From: an uncultured Desulfarculus sp.
GTDB lineage: Bacteria; Desulfobacterota; Desulfarculia; Desulfarculales; Desulfarculaceae
Direction: 5' to 3'
Length of the DNA: 64,000 nucleotides
NCBI GenBank assembly: GCA_963665125.2
Contig: CAXXUK010000001.1
Location: 2,752,001 to 2,816,000, forward strand
Shown one piece after another: positions 38,114 to 46,072 of the stretch. Numbering within the stretch: the stretch's first letter is position 1; each line of letters opens with the position of its first letter. A model generated the notes under the pieces. It saw only the letters and a list, made by a program, of their open reading frames with translations, did not search any database and was not told the origin of the DNA. The translations under genes and the position numbers were made by a program.

Positions 38114-38395
38114 ATGAACAAGTCGCAGCTGATAGAGGCTCTGGCCAAAGCCGAGAACCTCACGATCAAAAAAGCAGAGATGGTCGTAAACACCCTTTTC
38201 GGTTCCATCGAAGAGGCATTGGTGCAAGGCGACCGCGTGGAAATCAGGGGCTTTGGCAGCTTCAAGGTGAAGAACTATGATGGCTACCAGGGACGCAACC
38301 CCAAGACGGGTGAGATCATCCAGGTCGGCCAGAAAAAATTACCCTTCTTCAAGGTCGGCAAGGAACTCAAGGAAAAGGTCGACGGCAAGAGATAA
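38114..38395 (+). CDS. ihfB: Integration host factor beta / HU family
   Basis: MNKSQLI, GDRVEIRGFGSF, GRNPKTGE, PFFK.GKELK. GAGGAG RBS. Confidence 0.85.
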   Translation: MNKSQLIEALAKAENLTIKKAEMVVNTLFGSIEEALVQGDRVEIRGFGSFKVKNYDGYQGRNPKTGEIIQVGQKKLPFFKVGKELKEKVDGKR

Positions 38396-38446
38396 TCTCG
38401 TCCCGATCCTTCCTTGAAAGCTTGCAAAGATTTAATAGATCGCCTT

Positions 38447-38483
38447 ACCCCGCTTGCGATCGCGGCGGGGTTGCTCTATTTTT
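38447..38483 (+). terminator. Hairpin terminator after ihfB, overlapping a putative SRP RNA promoter
   Basis: accccgc...gcggggt stem followed by tgctctattttt. TTGCGA(38454)-N17-TATTTT(38477-38482) overlaps it. Confidence 0.5.
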
Positions 38484-38498
38484 AAGCATCATCAACCC

Positions 38499-38655
38499 AC
38501 CAGCGGCGGCGAGGTGGGCTCCGAGACTGGTTGGACACCGCGCAACGAACGGTTGTGAACCCCGTCAGATCCGGGAGGAAGCAGCGGTAAGCAATGCGGT
38601 TCGTGTCGCGGATCGTTCTGGCTGGTTCTCGGGGCCTTCTTCGCCGCCGCTTGGT
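38499..38655 (+). ncRNA. ffs: Signal recognition particle RNA
   Basis: Helix-8 signature gtCAGAtccGGGAggaAGCAgc (38563-38585) within a long rod closed by gcggcggcga / tcgccgccgc. Confidence 0.9.
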
Positions 38656-38685
38656 TCGGGCCTCGTCTGATGCTAAAATCTGTTC

Positions 38686-38958
38686 ATGAGCACCATCCGC
38701 CAAACCATTGCCGGACAACTGGGCCGCCAGAGCATGAGCGCCAAACAAATAGCCGACGCCCTGCTGCTGACGCCCGCCGACGTGGAGCACCACCTGGGGC
38801 ACCTGGCCCGCTCCCTGAAAACCAAATTAAAAACCCAACCGGCCCAATGCATGGACTGCGGCTTTGTATTCAAGGACCGCAAACGGCTTGATGCGCCGGG
38901 GCGCTGCCCAAGCTGCAGGTCCCAACGCATCGCCGGGCCCTGGTTTCGGATCGTTTGA
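38686..38958 (+). CDS. HTH plus Zn-ribbon putative transcriptional regulator
   Basis: TIRQ.I...L....SAKQI, V..HL.HL..SL, PAQCMDCGFVF..RKRL..PGRCPSCRS..I..P.F.I. Confidence 0.82.
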   Translation: MSTIRQTIAGQLGRQSMSAKQIADALLLTPADVEHHLGHLARSLKTKLKTQPAQCMDCGFVFKDRKRLDAPGRCPSCRSQRIAGPWFRIV

Positions 38959-38988
38959 CAGTTTTTTTTCACAGTCTTTAGACTGGAC

Positions 38989-39020
38989 AAATCAGGGTTT
39001 TGACGTATAAATCAGGGTTT
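38989..39020 (+). promoter_or_regulatory. 12-bp direct repeat AAATCAGGGTTT (period 20) upstream of the HD-GYP gene
   Basis: Exact copies at 38989-39000 and 39009-39020. Confidence 0.5.
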
Positions 39021-39085
39021 ATACACCTTGATAATACCTGATTGTGCTAATATTTTTGTCAGGTCGTCTCACCGGAGAGTATGCG

Positions 39086-40075
39086 ATGCCGTCAGTGGCG
39101 CAAAAAAAAGATCTGACAGACGGCGATTTTTTCGCCGCTTCGCCCCTGATGATCTTTCCCCAGACCCAGGGCGGCTTTAAGGTATTTCTGAAGCTCAACA
39201 GCAACTATGTTCTTTATTCCAACGCCAACACGACCTTCACCGAGGAACACCGCCAACGGCTCTACAACAACGGCGTGGAGGAAATATTCGTACTGACCGA
39301 GCAAAAGATGGCCTACGACGAATACGTGGAACGCAACCTGGGCGAAATTTTGCAAAACGACGCCCTGCCGGTGCGCGAGCGGGCCAAGGTCTTTTATAAA
39401 TCCTCAGTTGGCATCATCAAGGAGACCTTCGAGTCACGCCTGCCCACGTCCCTGGACAAACGCTATTTTGACCGCATCGCCCACTTCGTGGAACAGGGCG
39501 TCTCCTTCATGACCAAACAGGGCTCCCTGAAGAGCCTGGCCACGCTTATCAGCCACGACTACCAGACCTACAGCCATTGCGTACAGGTATTTGTTTTTAC
39601 CACGGCCATTCTCCAGACCTATGAGGAATTGGACAACGACACCATCATCCAGTGCGGCATCGGGGCCATTCTCCACGACCTGGGCAAGACCCGCATACCC
39701 AGGCGCATCATCAACAAGCCCGGCCCGCTCACTCACGAGGAACGCCAGGAAATCAACAGGCACCCCCTGCACGGCGTGGCCATGACGGCCAATGCGTCCA
39801 TCAGCAAGGAAACATACAATTCCATCCTGTTCCACCATGAGCGCATGGACGGCGGCGGATATCCGGCGGGCATGCAGGGCGCCGACATCCCCCTGCCAGT
39901 CCGGGTGCTTACGGTCTGCGACGTATACGACGCCCTGACCTCGGACAGGCCCTACGCCAAACAGATCACCCCGTTCGAGGCCCTGTCGATCATGCGTGAC
40001 GAAATGGACGGGGCCTTTGACCAGCGTGCGTTCAAGCGGCTGGTCATGGTCCTCAGCGGCGCCAAGGTTATCTAG
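39086..40075 (+). CDS. HD-GYP domain cyclic-dinucleotide phosphodiesterase
   Basis: TYSHC..V, ILHDLGK, INKPG.LT, HHERMDGGGYP, DVYDALTSDRPY. Confidence 0.92.
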   Translation: MPSVAQKKDLTDGDFFAASPLMIFPQTQGGFKVFLKLNSNYVLYSNANTTFTEEHRQRLYNNGVEEIFVLTEQKMAYDEYVERNLGEILQNDALPVRERAKVFYKSSVGIIKETFESRLPTSLDKRYFDRIAHFVEQGVSFMTKQGSLKSLATLISHDYQTYSHCVQVFVFTTAILQTYEELDNDTIIQCGIGAILHDLGKTRIPRRIINKPGPLTHEERQEINRHPLHGVAMTANASISKETYNSILFHHERMDGGGYPAGMQGADIPLPVRVLTVCDVYDALTSDRPYAKQITPFEALSIMRDEMDGAFDQRAFKRLVMVLSGAKVI

Positions 40076-40171
40076 ATCTGCGTGAAAAAATGGCATCCCC
40101 CTACAGTCCATGGTAGTATCGATACCCAATAAATTTCTTTAGAACGATCATGGTTTGCATGGGGGGGCAAT

Positions 40172-40399
40172 ATGAATCGTTGGCAGTGGTGTCTGCGCAG
40201 ACTCATATCTATTTTCCTGATCCTGGCCGGCATCTTCCTGATGGGCCTGGGCTTAATTTTCTCCGACACAACGGCTGCATTCGCCAAGGGGGCCGGTGGG
40301 GCCTGGGCCAAGGCCTTTTTCGCTGGCCTGGGCGGCATCTTCAGTATGTTGGTGGGCCTGGCCATACGCCAGCGATTGGTCAGCCAGAAGACATTTTGA
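40172..40399 (+). CDS. Small two-TM membrane protein
   Basis: Two hydrophobic segments; G-rich RBS-like tract upstream. Confidence 0.6.
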   Translation: MNRWQWCLRRLISIFLILAGIFLMGLGLIFSDTTAAFAKGAGGAWAKAFFAGLGGIFSMLVGLAIRQRLVSQKTF

Positions 40400-40509
40400 C
40401 GGAGGCGGGCGTCTTCGCGTCACCGGACATCCGATCTCGTCAAATGATTGACGGCGCCGGCCGGGGGAAAATTTTTCCTTGAGGCTTGAGTCGGCGTGCG
40501 CACATTGGT

Positions 40510-40695
40510 TCAGGCATAGCGGCTGATTCCGCTGCCCGGGTCCTGGGATTCGTCCTTGGTGCGATCACTAAGCTGTTCGTTCTTGCGACGGGGCATCACC
40601 TTTTCAGCCTCTCGGCTCCGCTTTCGCAGAAGCTTCTTGTTGTCGACGCCCTCCGGCTTCCTGAGGATGCCTGCGAGGTTGAGATCGACCAACAT
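40510..40695 (-). CDS. 61-aa charged hypothetical protein (3' half of ORF 40510..40878)
   Basis: Strong RBS AGGAGGTG before ATG 40695. MLVDLNLAGILRKPEG...GSGISRYA. Confidence 0.62.
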   Translation of the reverse strand: MLVDLNLAGILRKPEGVDNKKLLRKRSREAEKVMPRRKNEQLSDRTKDESQDPGSGISRYA

Positions 40696-40714
40696 GGGGC
40701 ACCTCCTGCCCATC

Positions 40715-40742
40715 TTATCGGCCATCTCCGCCAAAAACTTGA
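40715..40742 (-). promoter_or_regulatory. sigma28 (FliA)-type promoter
   Basis: Minus strand TCAAGTTT-N12-GCCGATAA with a perfect -10 element, about 20 nt upstream of ATG 40695. Confidence 0.7.
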
Positions 40743-40750
40743 AGAATTGA

Positions 40751-40978
40751 TCACGGGCGGGTCGTGGCGGGACGCCTTTCGTGGGGCTGCGGCGGCTGCA
40801 TCGCCAGCTTACCGGCCATGTCTTCCACAAACAGAGCGCATTCGCGCCTGCGGTTGGGCGAGCACTGGGGACGCCCATTGTTCCAGACGCTGCGATGGCA
40901 GCTCAGGCAAAGCAAATCAGGACTGAGAAGTGCCTGCTGATAGAATTTGGCCAACTTGCTGTGCGCCGCTTTGTACAT
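40751..40978 (-). CDS. 75-aa cysteine-containing hypothetical protein
   Basis: AGAGGAG RBS. CLSC-x11-C-x7-C. Confidence 0.6.
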   Translation of the reverse strand: MYKAAHSKLAKFYQQALLSPDLLCLSCHRSVWNNGRPQCSPNRRRECALFVEDMAGKLAMQPPQPHERRPATTRP

Positions 40979-41017
40979 TTCAACTCCTCTTGGGCCGGTT
41001 GTTCATGGCCTGTCTAT

Positions 41018-41036
41018 TTGCACATTTGGTGCCAAA
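41018..41036 (-). promoter_or_regulatory. sigma54 (-24/-12) promoter
   Basis: Minus strand TTTGGCACCAAATGTGCAA (GG-N10-GC) about 40 nt upstream of ATG 40978. Confidence 0.62.
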
Positions 41037-41116
41037 CGCTTTGGGTCACCTCCGGACTTGCCTTGCAGGGCACGACATGCTAGCCTAAGCCGTCGACTAT
41101 TGGGGGCATTTAGCCT

Positions 41117-41971
41117 ATGGACGCCGTTATATTAATGATCCTGCTGGGCGCGACGGTGCTGATTTTGATCGGCGCGCTGGTCAGCTTGTACCGCTACCTT
41201 GAACGCAAGGTCCTCTTTCCGCAGCTACCCCGGCTGTGGAGGGGCGACCGCAACCGTTTTTTGGTATTCGGCCTGCTTTTCCCAGTTTGCGCGGCGGGGT
41301 TTGTTTTTTACAGCATTTACACGGCCACGGATATGCCTCCCGAGCAGCAGATGGCCAAACAGGAAAGCCCCCTGGACGCCTATGAGCAGGCCCCGCCCCA
41401 GGAATCCACGCCTGGCTGGGATGCAGCAAGTCCTTCTACCGAACCCCGGGTTGAACAAACAACGGAGCCCGCACCCACGGAAATGACTCCGGGGCAAGAG
41501 GCAGCATTTGAACAAGGCCAACCTCCGGCCGACCCCAAAGCCACCGAACAGCTAAAGCAGGACGAGGCCCAGGCCCTGGCCGCGGCCAAGCCCACCGAGC
41601 CTCTGCCCGTTATCCAAACCGCCGAACCAACGCCCGAGGCGACGGCCACGGCCGAACCGGCGCGAACCGCCGCACCAGCGCCCACGGCAACGCCGGCGCA
41701 AACATCGGCACCGGCCGCCACGGCGGAGGTGCCCAAGGGTTGGGCCGTGTGTTTGGCCTCGTACCCGAGCCAATCGGATGCCCAGGATCATGTCGCGCGC
41801 CTCAACAAGCAGGGCATGCAGGTCCACATGACCAGCGCCCAGGTCAAAGGCGGCACCTGGTACCGGGTCTGCGCCACGGGCTTTGCCAGCCTGGACCAGG
41901 CCAAGAAAGCCATGCAGCAATACAAGGAACAGGGACTGGGCGATTCACCGTTCCCGGTGCGCATCCGCTGA
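41117..41971 (+). CDS. SPOR-domain membrane protein
   Basis: Two N-terminal TMs, Pro/Ala/Thr linker, C-terminal W.V.LASY.....A.....L...G......V.G.TWYRV....F.....A. Confidence 0.85.
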   Translation: MDAVILMILLGATVLILIGALVSLYRYLERKVLFPQLPRLWRGDRNRFLVFGLLFPVCAAGFVFYSIYTATDMPPEQQMAKQESPLDAYEQAPPQESTPGWDAASPSTEPRVEQTTEPAPTEMTPGQEAAFEQGQPPADPKATEQLKQDEAQALAAAKPTEPLPVIQTAEPTPEATATAEPARTAAPAPTATPAQTSAPAATAEVPKGWAVCLASYPSQSDAQDHVARLNKQGMQVHMTSAQVKGGTWYRVCATGFASLDQAKKAMQQYKEQGLGDSPFPVRIR

Positions 41972-41980
41972 GCATCGCAA

Positions 41981-42268
41981 ATGGATGACCAACGCCTTTG
42001 GACGCTGCTGAGCGAGCTTGCCGCCCAATTGGACGTTGAGGTTCGGCTGGACCACTTGAACGCCGGGGAGCAATACCAGGTGCGCGGCGGAGTTTGCCGC
42101 CTGGGCGGCAGGCTGGTAGCCTTTGTCGACCGCCGGGCCAACCAGGCGGGCCGCAACCGCCAGCTTGGCCGGGCCCTGGCCGGCCTGGGTCTGGACGATA
42201 TATACGTCAAGCCGGCCCTCAGGGAATTCCTGGACAGCCTGAGCCCCGGCCGCGGAGATATGGAGTAA
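41981..42268 (+). CDS. Hypothetical protein (paralog of the next gene)
   Basis: L.EL..QLDVEVR...L......RGG.C.L.G....FVDRR. Confidence 0.75.
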   Translation: MDDQRLWTLLSELAAQLDVEVRLDHLNAGEQYQVRGGVCRLGGRLVAFVDRRANQAGRNRQLGRALAGLGLDDIYVKPALREFLDSLSPGRGDME

Positions 42269-42272
42269 GGCT

Positions 42273-42566
42273 GTGGCCACACGCAGGGCCTCCAAAAAAT
42301 ACCTGGCCGAGTTGGAAAAACAAATCAAGGGACGCGGCGTCAAGGTGGCCTACGAACGGCTGCAATACGCCGGGCTGATGCTGCGGGGCGGCATGTGCTG
42401 GTTCAAGGGCGACTACTACTTGTTCATCGACCGCCGCAAAACCGTGGCCGAACGTTGCGAACAGCTCGAAAGCGCCCTGGACGAACTGAGCCAACTGGCC
42501 GCCCGGAACAAGCTGGACGACCCGAGTCCCCCGGAAGAAAAGGAAAACACCGGTGAATCCGCGTGA
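42273..42566 (+). CDS. Hypothetical protein (paralog of the previous gene)
   Basis: L.EL....GVKV..E.L......RGG.C.F.G....FIDRR. GTG after GGAG. Confidence 0.72.
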   Translation: MATRRASKKYLAELEKQIKGRGVKVAYERLQYAGLMLRGGMCWFKGDYYLFIDRRKTVAERCEQLESALDELSQLAARNKLDDPSPPEEKENTGESA

Positions 42567-43617
42567 GCAACTGATACAAGTCTGCCGCATGGCCTGGCAG
42601 AGGGGCTACATGGCCGCCACCGACGGCAACGCCTCCCTGCGCCTGGACGACGGCAATATCCTGATCACCCCCAGCGGCCGCTGCAAACAGCTCATCCAGC
42701 CAGAGGAGCTGCTGGTGGTGGACCCTTCCGGCAATGTCATCGAGGGCAATGGCGCGCCCAGCAGCGAAGGAAAGTTGCACTATCTGGTCTACCGCCTCAG
42801 GCCCGACGTAATGGCCGTGGTCCACGCCCACCCGCCCCTGGCCACGGCCCTGAGCGTGGCCGGCAGGGAACTGGACTGCACGGCCCTGCCCGAGTTGATG
42901 ATCCACCTGGGTTCCGTGCCCACGGCGCCGTACGCAACGCCGACCACCGATGAGTTGCCCGTGGCCGTGGAGCCGTATTTGCAAGGCAGCGACGCCATGC
43001 TTTTGGACCACCACGGCACCCTGACCATGGGCTCGACAATGGAGCGGGCCTGGGCCCTGACCGAAAAGCTGGAGCACGCGGCCCAGACGCTGATGGCCGC
43101 CGAACAATTGGGCGGGGCCAAACCCCTGAGCGAACCGCACCAACAGCGTCTGCTGAGCCTTGGCCGCCAATACGGCCTGCTGCGGGAGGCGCCCCAGGCA
43201 TCCCCGCCGCCCCTGGCCGACAGGGTGTTGGTGAAGCATTTGCCCGAGACGGCCGAGTTTTTGACCCAAAAGCGCTTCAGCGACACCCGGGGCATGGTCC
43301 ATTTAATCATCAATGACGCGCCCCTGCGGCGGGTGGCCCTGTTTAGCATTGAGCCGAACACCGGCTATCGGGGCAGCCATCTGCACCACCACAAGACCGA
43401 GGGATTCTACGTAGCCGCGGGCCGGGCAAAATTAGAGGTGGCATGTTCGGCAACTCATGAGACAATGGTGCTTGAACTGACCGAAGGCGATTTTGTGTGG
43501 ATGCCGCCCGGCGTGGCCCACCGCATCAAGGCCCTTGAGCCACTGACCTTTGTTGAATTGACCGACCGGCCCTATGAAAAGGGCGACGACGTGCCTTTTG
43601 ATTTCGAGGAGGCCTGA
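42553..43617 (+). CDS. Class II aldolase/adducin-family protein fused to a C-terminal cupin domain
   Basis: ATDGN.S.R, ITPSG..K, PSSE..LH..VY..RPD..AVVHAHP, LL.HHG. Cupin RGSHLHHHKTE.FYV..G...EGD....PPGVAH.I.A. Confidence 0.85.
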   Translation: MNPREQLIQVCRMAWQRGYMAATDGNASLRLDDGNILITPSGRCKQLIQPEELLVVDPSGNVIEGNGAPSSEGKLHYLVYRLRPDVMAVVHAHPPLATALSVAGRELDCTALPELMIHLGSVPTAPYATPTTDELPVAVEPYLQGSDAMLLDHHGTLTMGSTMERAWALTEKLEHAAQTLMAAEQLGGAKPLSEPHQQRLLSLGRQYGLLREAPQASPPPLADRVLVKHLPETAEFLTQKRFSDTRGMVHLIINDAPLRRVALFSIEPNTGYRGSHLHHHKTEGFYVAAGRAKLEVACSATHETMVLELTEGDFVWMPPGVAHRIKALEPLTFVELTDRPYEKGDDVPFDFEEA

Positions 43618-43621
43618 TATC

Positions 43622-44071
43622 ATGAACGACGAAATGCGCAAATTCATCCGCAGCCGCCGCAATTGCGTGCTGGCCACATGCGGCGACGGCCAACCGCACT
43701 GTTCGCTGATGTCTTATCTGGTGGAGGACAACGCCCAGATCATCTACCTGATCTCAAAGGTGGGCACCAAAAAATACGCCAACATCATGTCCAACCCCAA
43801 GGTGAGCCTTTTGATAGACGACCGCAGCACGGCCTGTCCGGTGGGCCAGCTTGGCCTGGACAAAGTCAAGGCCCTGACCATCAGCGGGCACTGTGAACTG
43901 CTGGAAGACCCGGGCCGGGCCGGAGCCATCAAGCGCCTGTTCTCGGTGCGCTATCCGCATCTGGAAGGCCTGTTGGCCGAGCCCGACGCGGTGATTCTCT
44001 ATGTAGAGGTGGAGCATCTGAGCATGCGCGAAGGCGCGCTCAAGGAGCATTATTCACCCCTGAACGATTAA
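43622..44071 (+). CDS. Pyridoxamine 5'-phosphate oxidase-like flavin-binding protein
   Basis: CVLAT...QPH.SLM.Y, TKKY.NI..NPKVSLLID.R. Confidence 0.85.
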   Translation: MNDEMRKFIRSRRNCVLATCGDGQPHCSLMSYLVEDNAQIIYLISKVGTKKYANIMSNPKVSLLIDDRSTACPVGQLGLDKVKALTISGHCELLEDPGRAGAIKRLFSVRYPHLEGLLAEPDAVILYVEVEHLSMREGALKEHYSPLND

Positions 44072-44149
44072 GCCGACACGCGGATACGTCAAACTTTCCA
44101 GTTGCGGCCGCCCGTGGGGGCCGCAACAAGTATTTAATGGGACCGAAAA

Positions 44150-45259
44150 ATGAGCATCGAAAACAAACTGCCTCCCGTGGCGCCGGAGATAGTCTCGCTC
44201 AAGCCCTATGAACCGGGCAAACCCATCGAGGAACTGGAGCGGGAGCTGGGCATATCCGGCGCTATCAAACTGGCCAGCAATGAAAACCCCCTGGGGCCTT
44301 CGCCCAAGGCCATGGCCGCCGTGCGGGACGGCGCCTGGCGGCTGCATCGCTACCCCGACGGAGCGGGTTTTGAACTGCGCCGGGCCATTGCCCAAAAGCA
44401 GGGCCTGGACCTGGAAAACATCTGCCTTGCCAACGGATCCAACGAGGTCATCGAGTTTTTGTGCAAGAGCTTCATCCGCCCCGGCGACGACGCCCTGGCA
44501 GCCCAGTACGCCTTCAGCATGTACGAGACCCTGGTCACCGTGGCCGGGGGGACCCTGCGCCAGGTGGACCTGAGGGACTTCCGTATCGACCTGGACGCCA
44601 TTGCCGCGGCCATCGGCCCCAAAACCAGACTGGTGTTCATCAACTCGCCGCACAACCCGGCGGGCACGGCCGTGGGCAAGGCTGAGTTCAGCGAATTTCT
44701 GGCCAAAGTGCCGGGCGGCGTGTGCGTGGTCATCGACGAGGCGTATGTGGATTTTGCCGACGACCCCCAGGCCCTTTACGGCCGCGATTTCGTGGGCGAC
44801 GACTCGCCGGTGGTGGTGATGCGCACCTTCAGCAAGTCCTACGGCCTGGCCGGACTGCGCATCGGCTACGCCATGGCCGCCCGGCACGTGGTGAGCTTGT
44901 TCGACCGGGTGCGCCAGGCCTTCAACACGTCGATCCCATCCCAGGAGGCCGCCCTGGCCGCCTTGGGCGACGACGAGTTCCTTGAAAAGACCGTGGCCAT
45001 AACCAGCCAGGGCCGCAGGGACTTTTACGCCTGCTTCGAGGACCTGGGCCTGAGCTATACGCCCAGCCAGGCCAATTTCGTGCTGGTGCACATAGGCCCC
45101 AAGGCCGCCGAGGTGGCCGACAAGCTGCTCAGGCGGGGTGTCATTGTGCGCTACATGGCCAGCTATCACATGCCGGAATACCTGCGCATCAGCGTTGGCC
45201 TGCCCGAGGAGAACCAGCGCTTTACCAAGGAACTGCGCAGCATCATGGCGGAGGGCTGA
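44150..45259 (+). CDS. hisC: Histidinol-phosphate aminotransferase
   Basis: PY.PGKPIEE, KLASNENPLG, RYPD, NGSNE, P.NP.G, DEAY, RTFSK.YGLAGLRIGY. Confidence 0.95.
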   Translation: MSIENKLPPVAPEIVSLKPYEPGKPIEELERELGISGAIKLASNENPLGPSPKAMAAVRDGAWRLHRYPDGAGFELRRAIAQKQGLDLENICLANGSNEVIEFLCKSFIRPGDDALAAQYAFSMYETLVTVAGGTLRQVDLRDFRIDLDAIAAAIGPKTRLVFINSPHNPAGTAVGKAEFSEFLAKVPGGVCVVIDEAYVDFADDPQALYGRDFVGDDSPVVVMRTFSKSYGLAGLRIGYAMAARHVVSLFDRVRQAFNTSIPSQEAALAALGDDEFLEKTVAITSQGRRDFYACFEDLGLSYTPSQANFVLVHIGPKAAEVADKLLRRGVIVRYMASYHMPEYLRISVGLPEENQRFTKELRSIMAEG

Positions 45260-45261
45260 GC

Positions 45262-45921
45262 ATGGTCGTGACCATCGACGGACCCTCGGGCGCGGGCAAA
45301 TCCACCGTGGCCAAGGCGGTGTCCCAAAGGCTTGGTTTCGCCTTTTTGGATACCGGAGCCCTGTACAGGGCAGTGGCCCTGGCCGCAAGCATGGAGCAGA
45401 TAGACCCTGACAATGAAAAAGCCGTGGCCGCCTGGCTGCCCGGCGTGGATATCGAGGTCCAGGCCGGCGGCGGCGCGTTCACGGTCCTTTACGGCGGCAG
45501 CGACGTGGAGCCGTTTATCCGCAACGAGGAGATCGGCGGCCTGGCTAGCAAGCTCTCGGCCCAAAAGGCCGTACGGGACAAGCTGCTGGAGTTGCAGCGC
45601 CGGGCCGCCGATGCCGGTGACCTGGTCTGCGAGGGCCGGGACATGGGCACGGTGGTGTTTCCCGGAGCGGAGTTCAAGTTTTTCCTCAACGCCGACCCAC
45701 GGGAGCGGGCCCGACGCCGTCTGGCCGAACTGAAGCCATACCAGCCGTCGCTGACCCTGGGCCAGGTCATGGAGGATATGGCCCGCCGGGACGAGCGCGA
45801 CTCCCACCGGGCCTTGAGCCCCCTTGAGCCGGCCGCCGACGCCGAAATCGTCGACACCACGCCCCTGAACCGCGACCAAGTCATCGAACTGGTGGCAGCC
45901 AAGGTTAGCGGGAAAAATTAA
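45262..45921 (+). CDS. cmk: Cytidylate kinase
   Basis: IDGPSGAGKST, LDTGALYRA, EGRDMGTVVFP, RD.RDS.R. Confidence 0.96.
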   Translation: MVVTIDGPSGAGKSTVAKAVSQRLGFAFLDTGALYRAVALAASMEQIDPDNEKAVAAWLPGVDIEVQAGGGAFTVLYGGSDVEPFIRNEEIGGLASKLSAQKAVRDKLLELQRRAADAGDLVCEGRDMGTVVFPGAEFKFFLNADPRERARRRLAELKPYQPSLTLGQVMEDMARRDERDSHRALSPLEPAADAEIVDTTPLNRDQVIELVAAKVSGKN

Positions 45922-46072
45922 CCCAAAAAACCTACGGTCATATAGGTTGTTAAACGGGCGGCTTTCTGGTAGATAAGAAAATTTGCGGGGGTGGAGGATT
46001 TTTACGTCCTCACACCTGCTTCGCATTAACCCAAACCCTAAACAGACAAACAGAGTTAACTAGGAAACTAAC

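Noticed and set aside
40486..41135. Plus-strand ORFs 40486..40926 and 40781..41083
   Set aside because: No RBS; the minus strand has clear RBS and promoter signals for two small genes.
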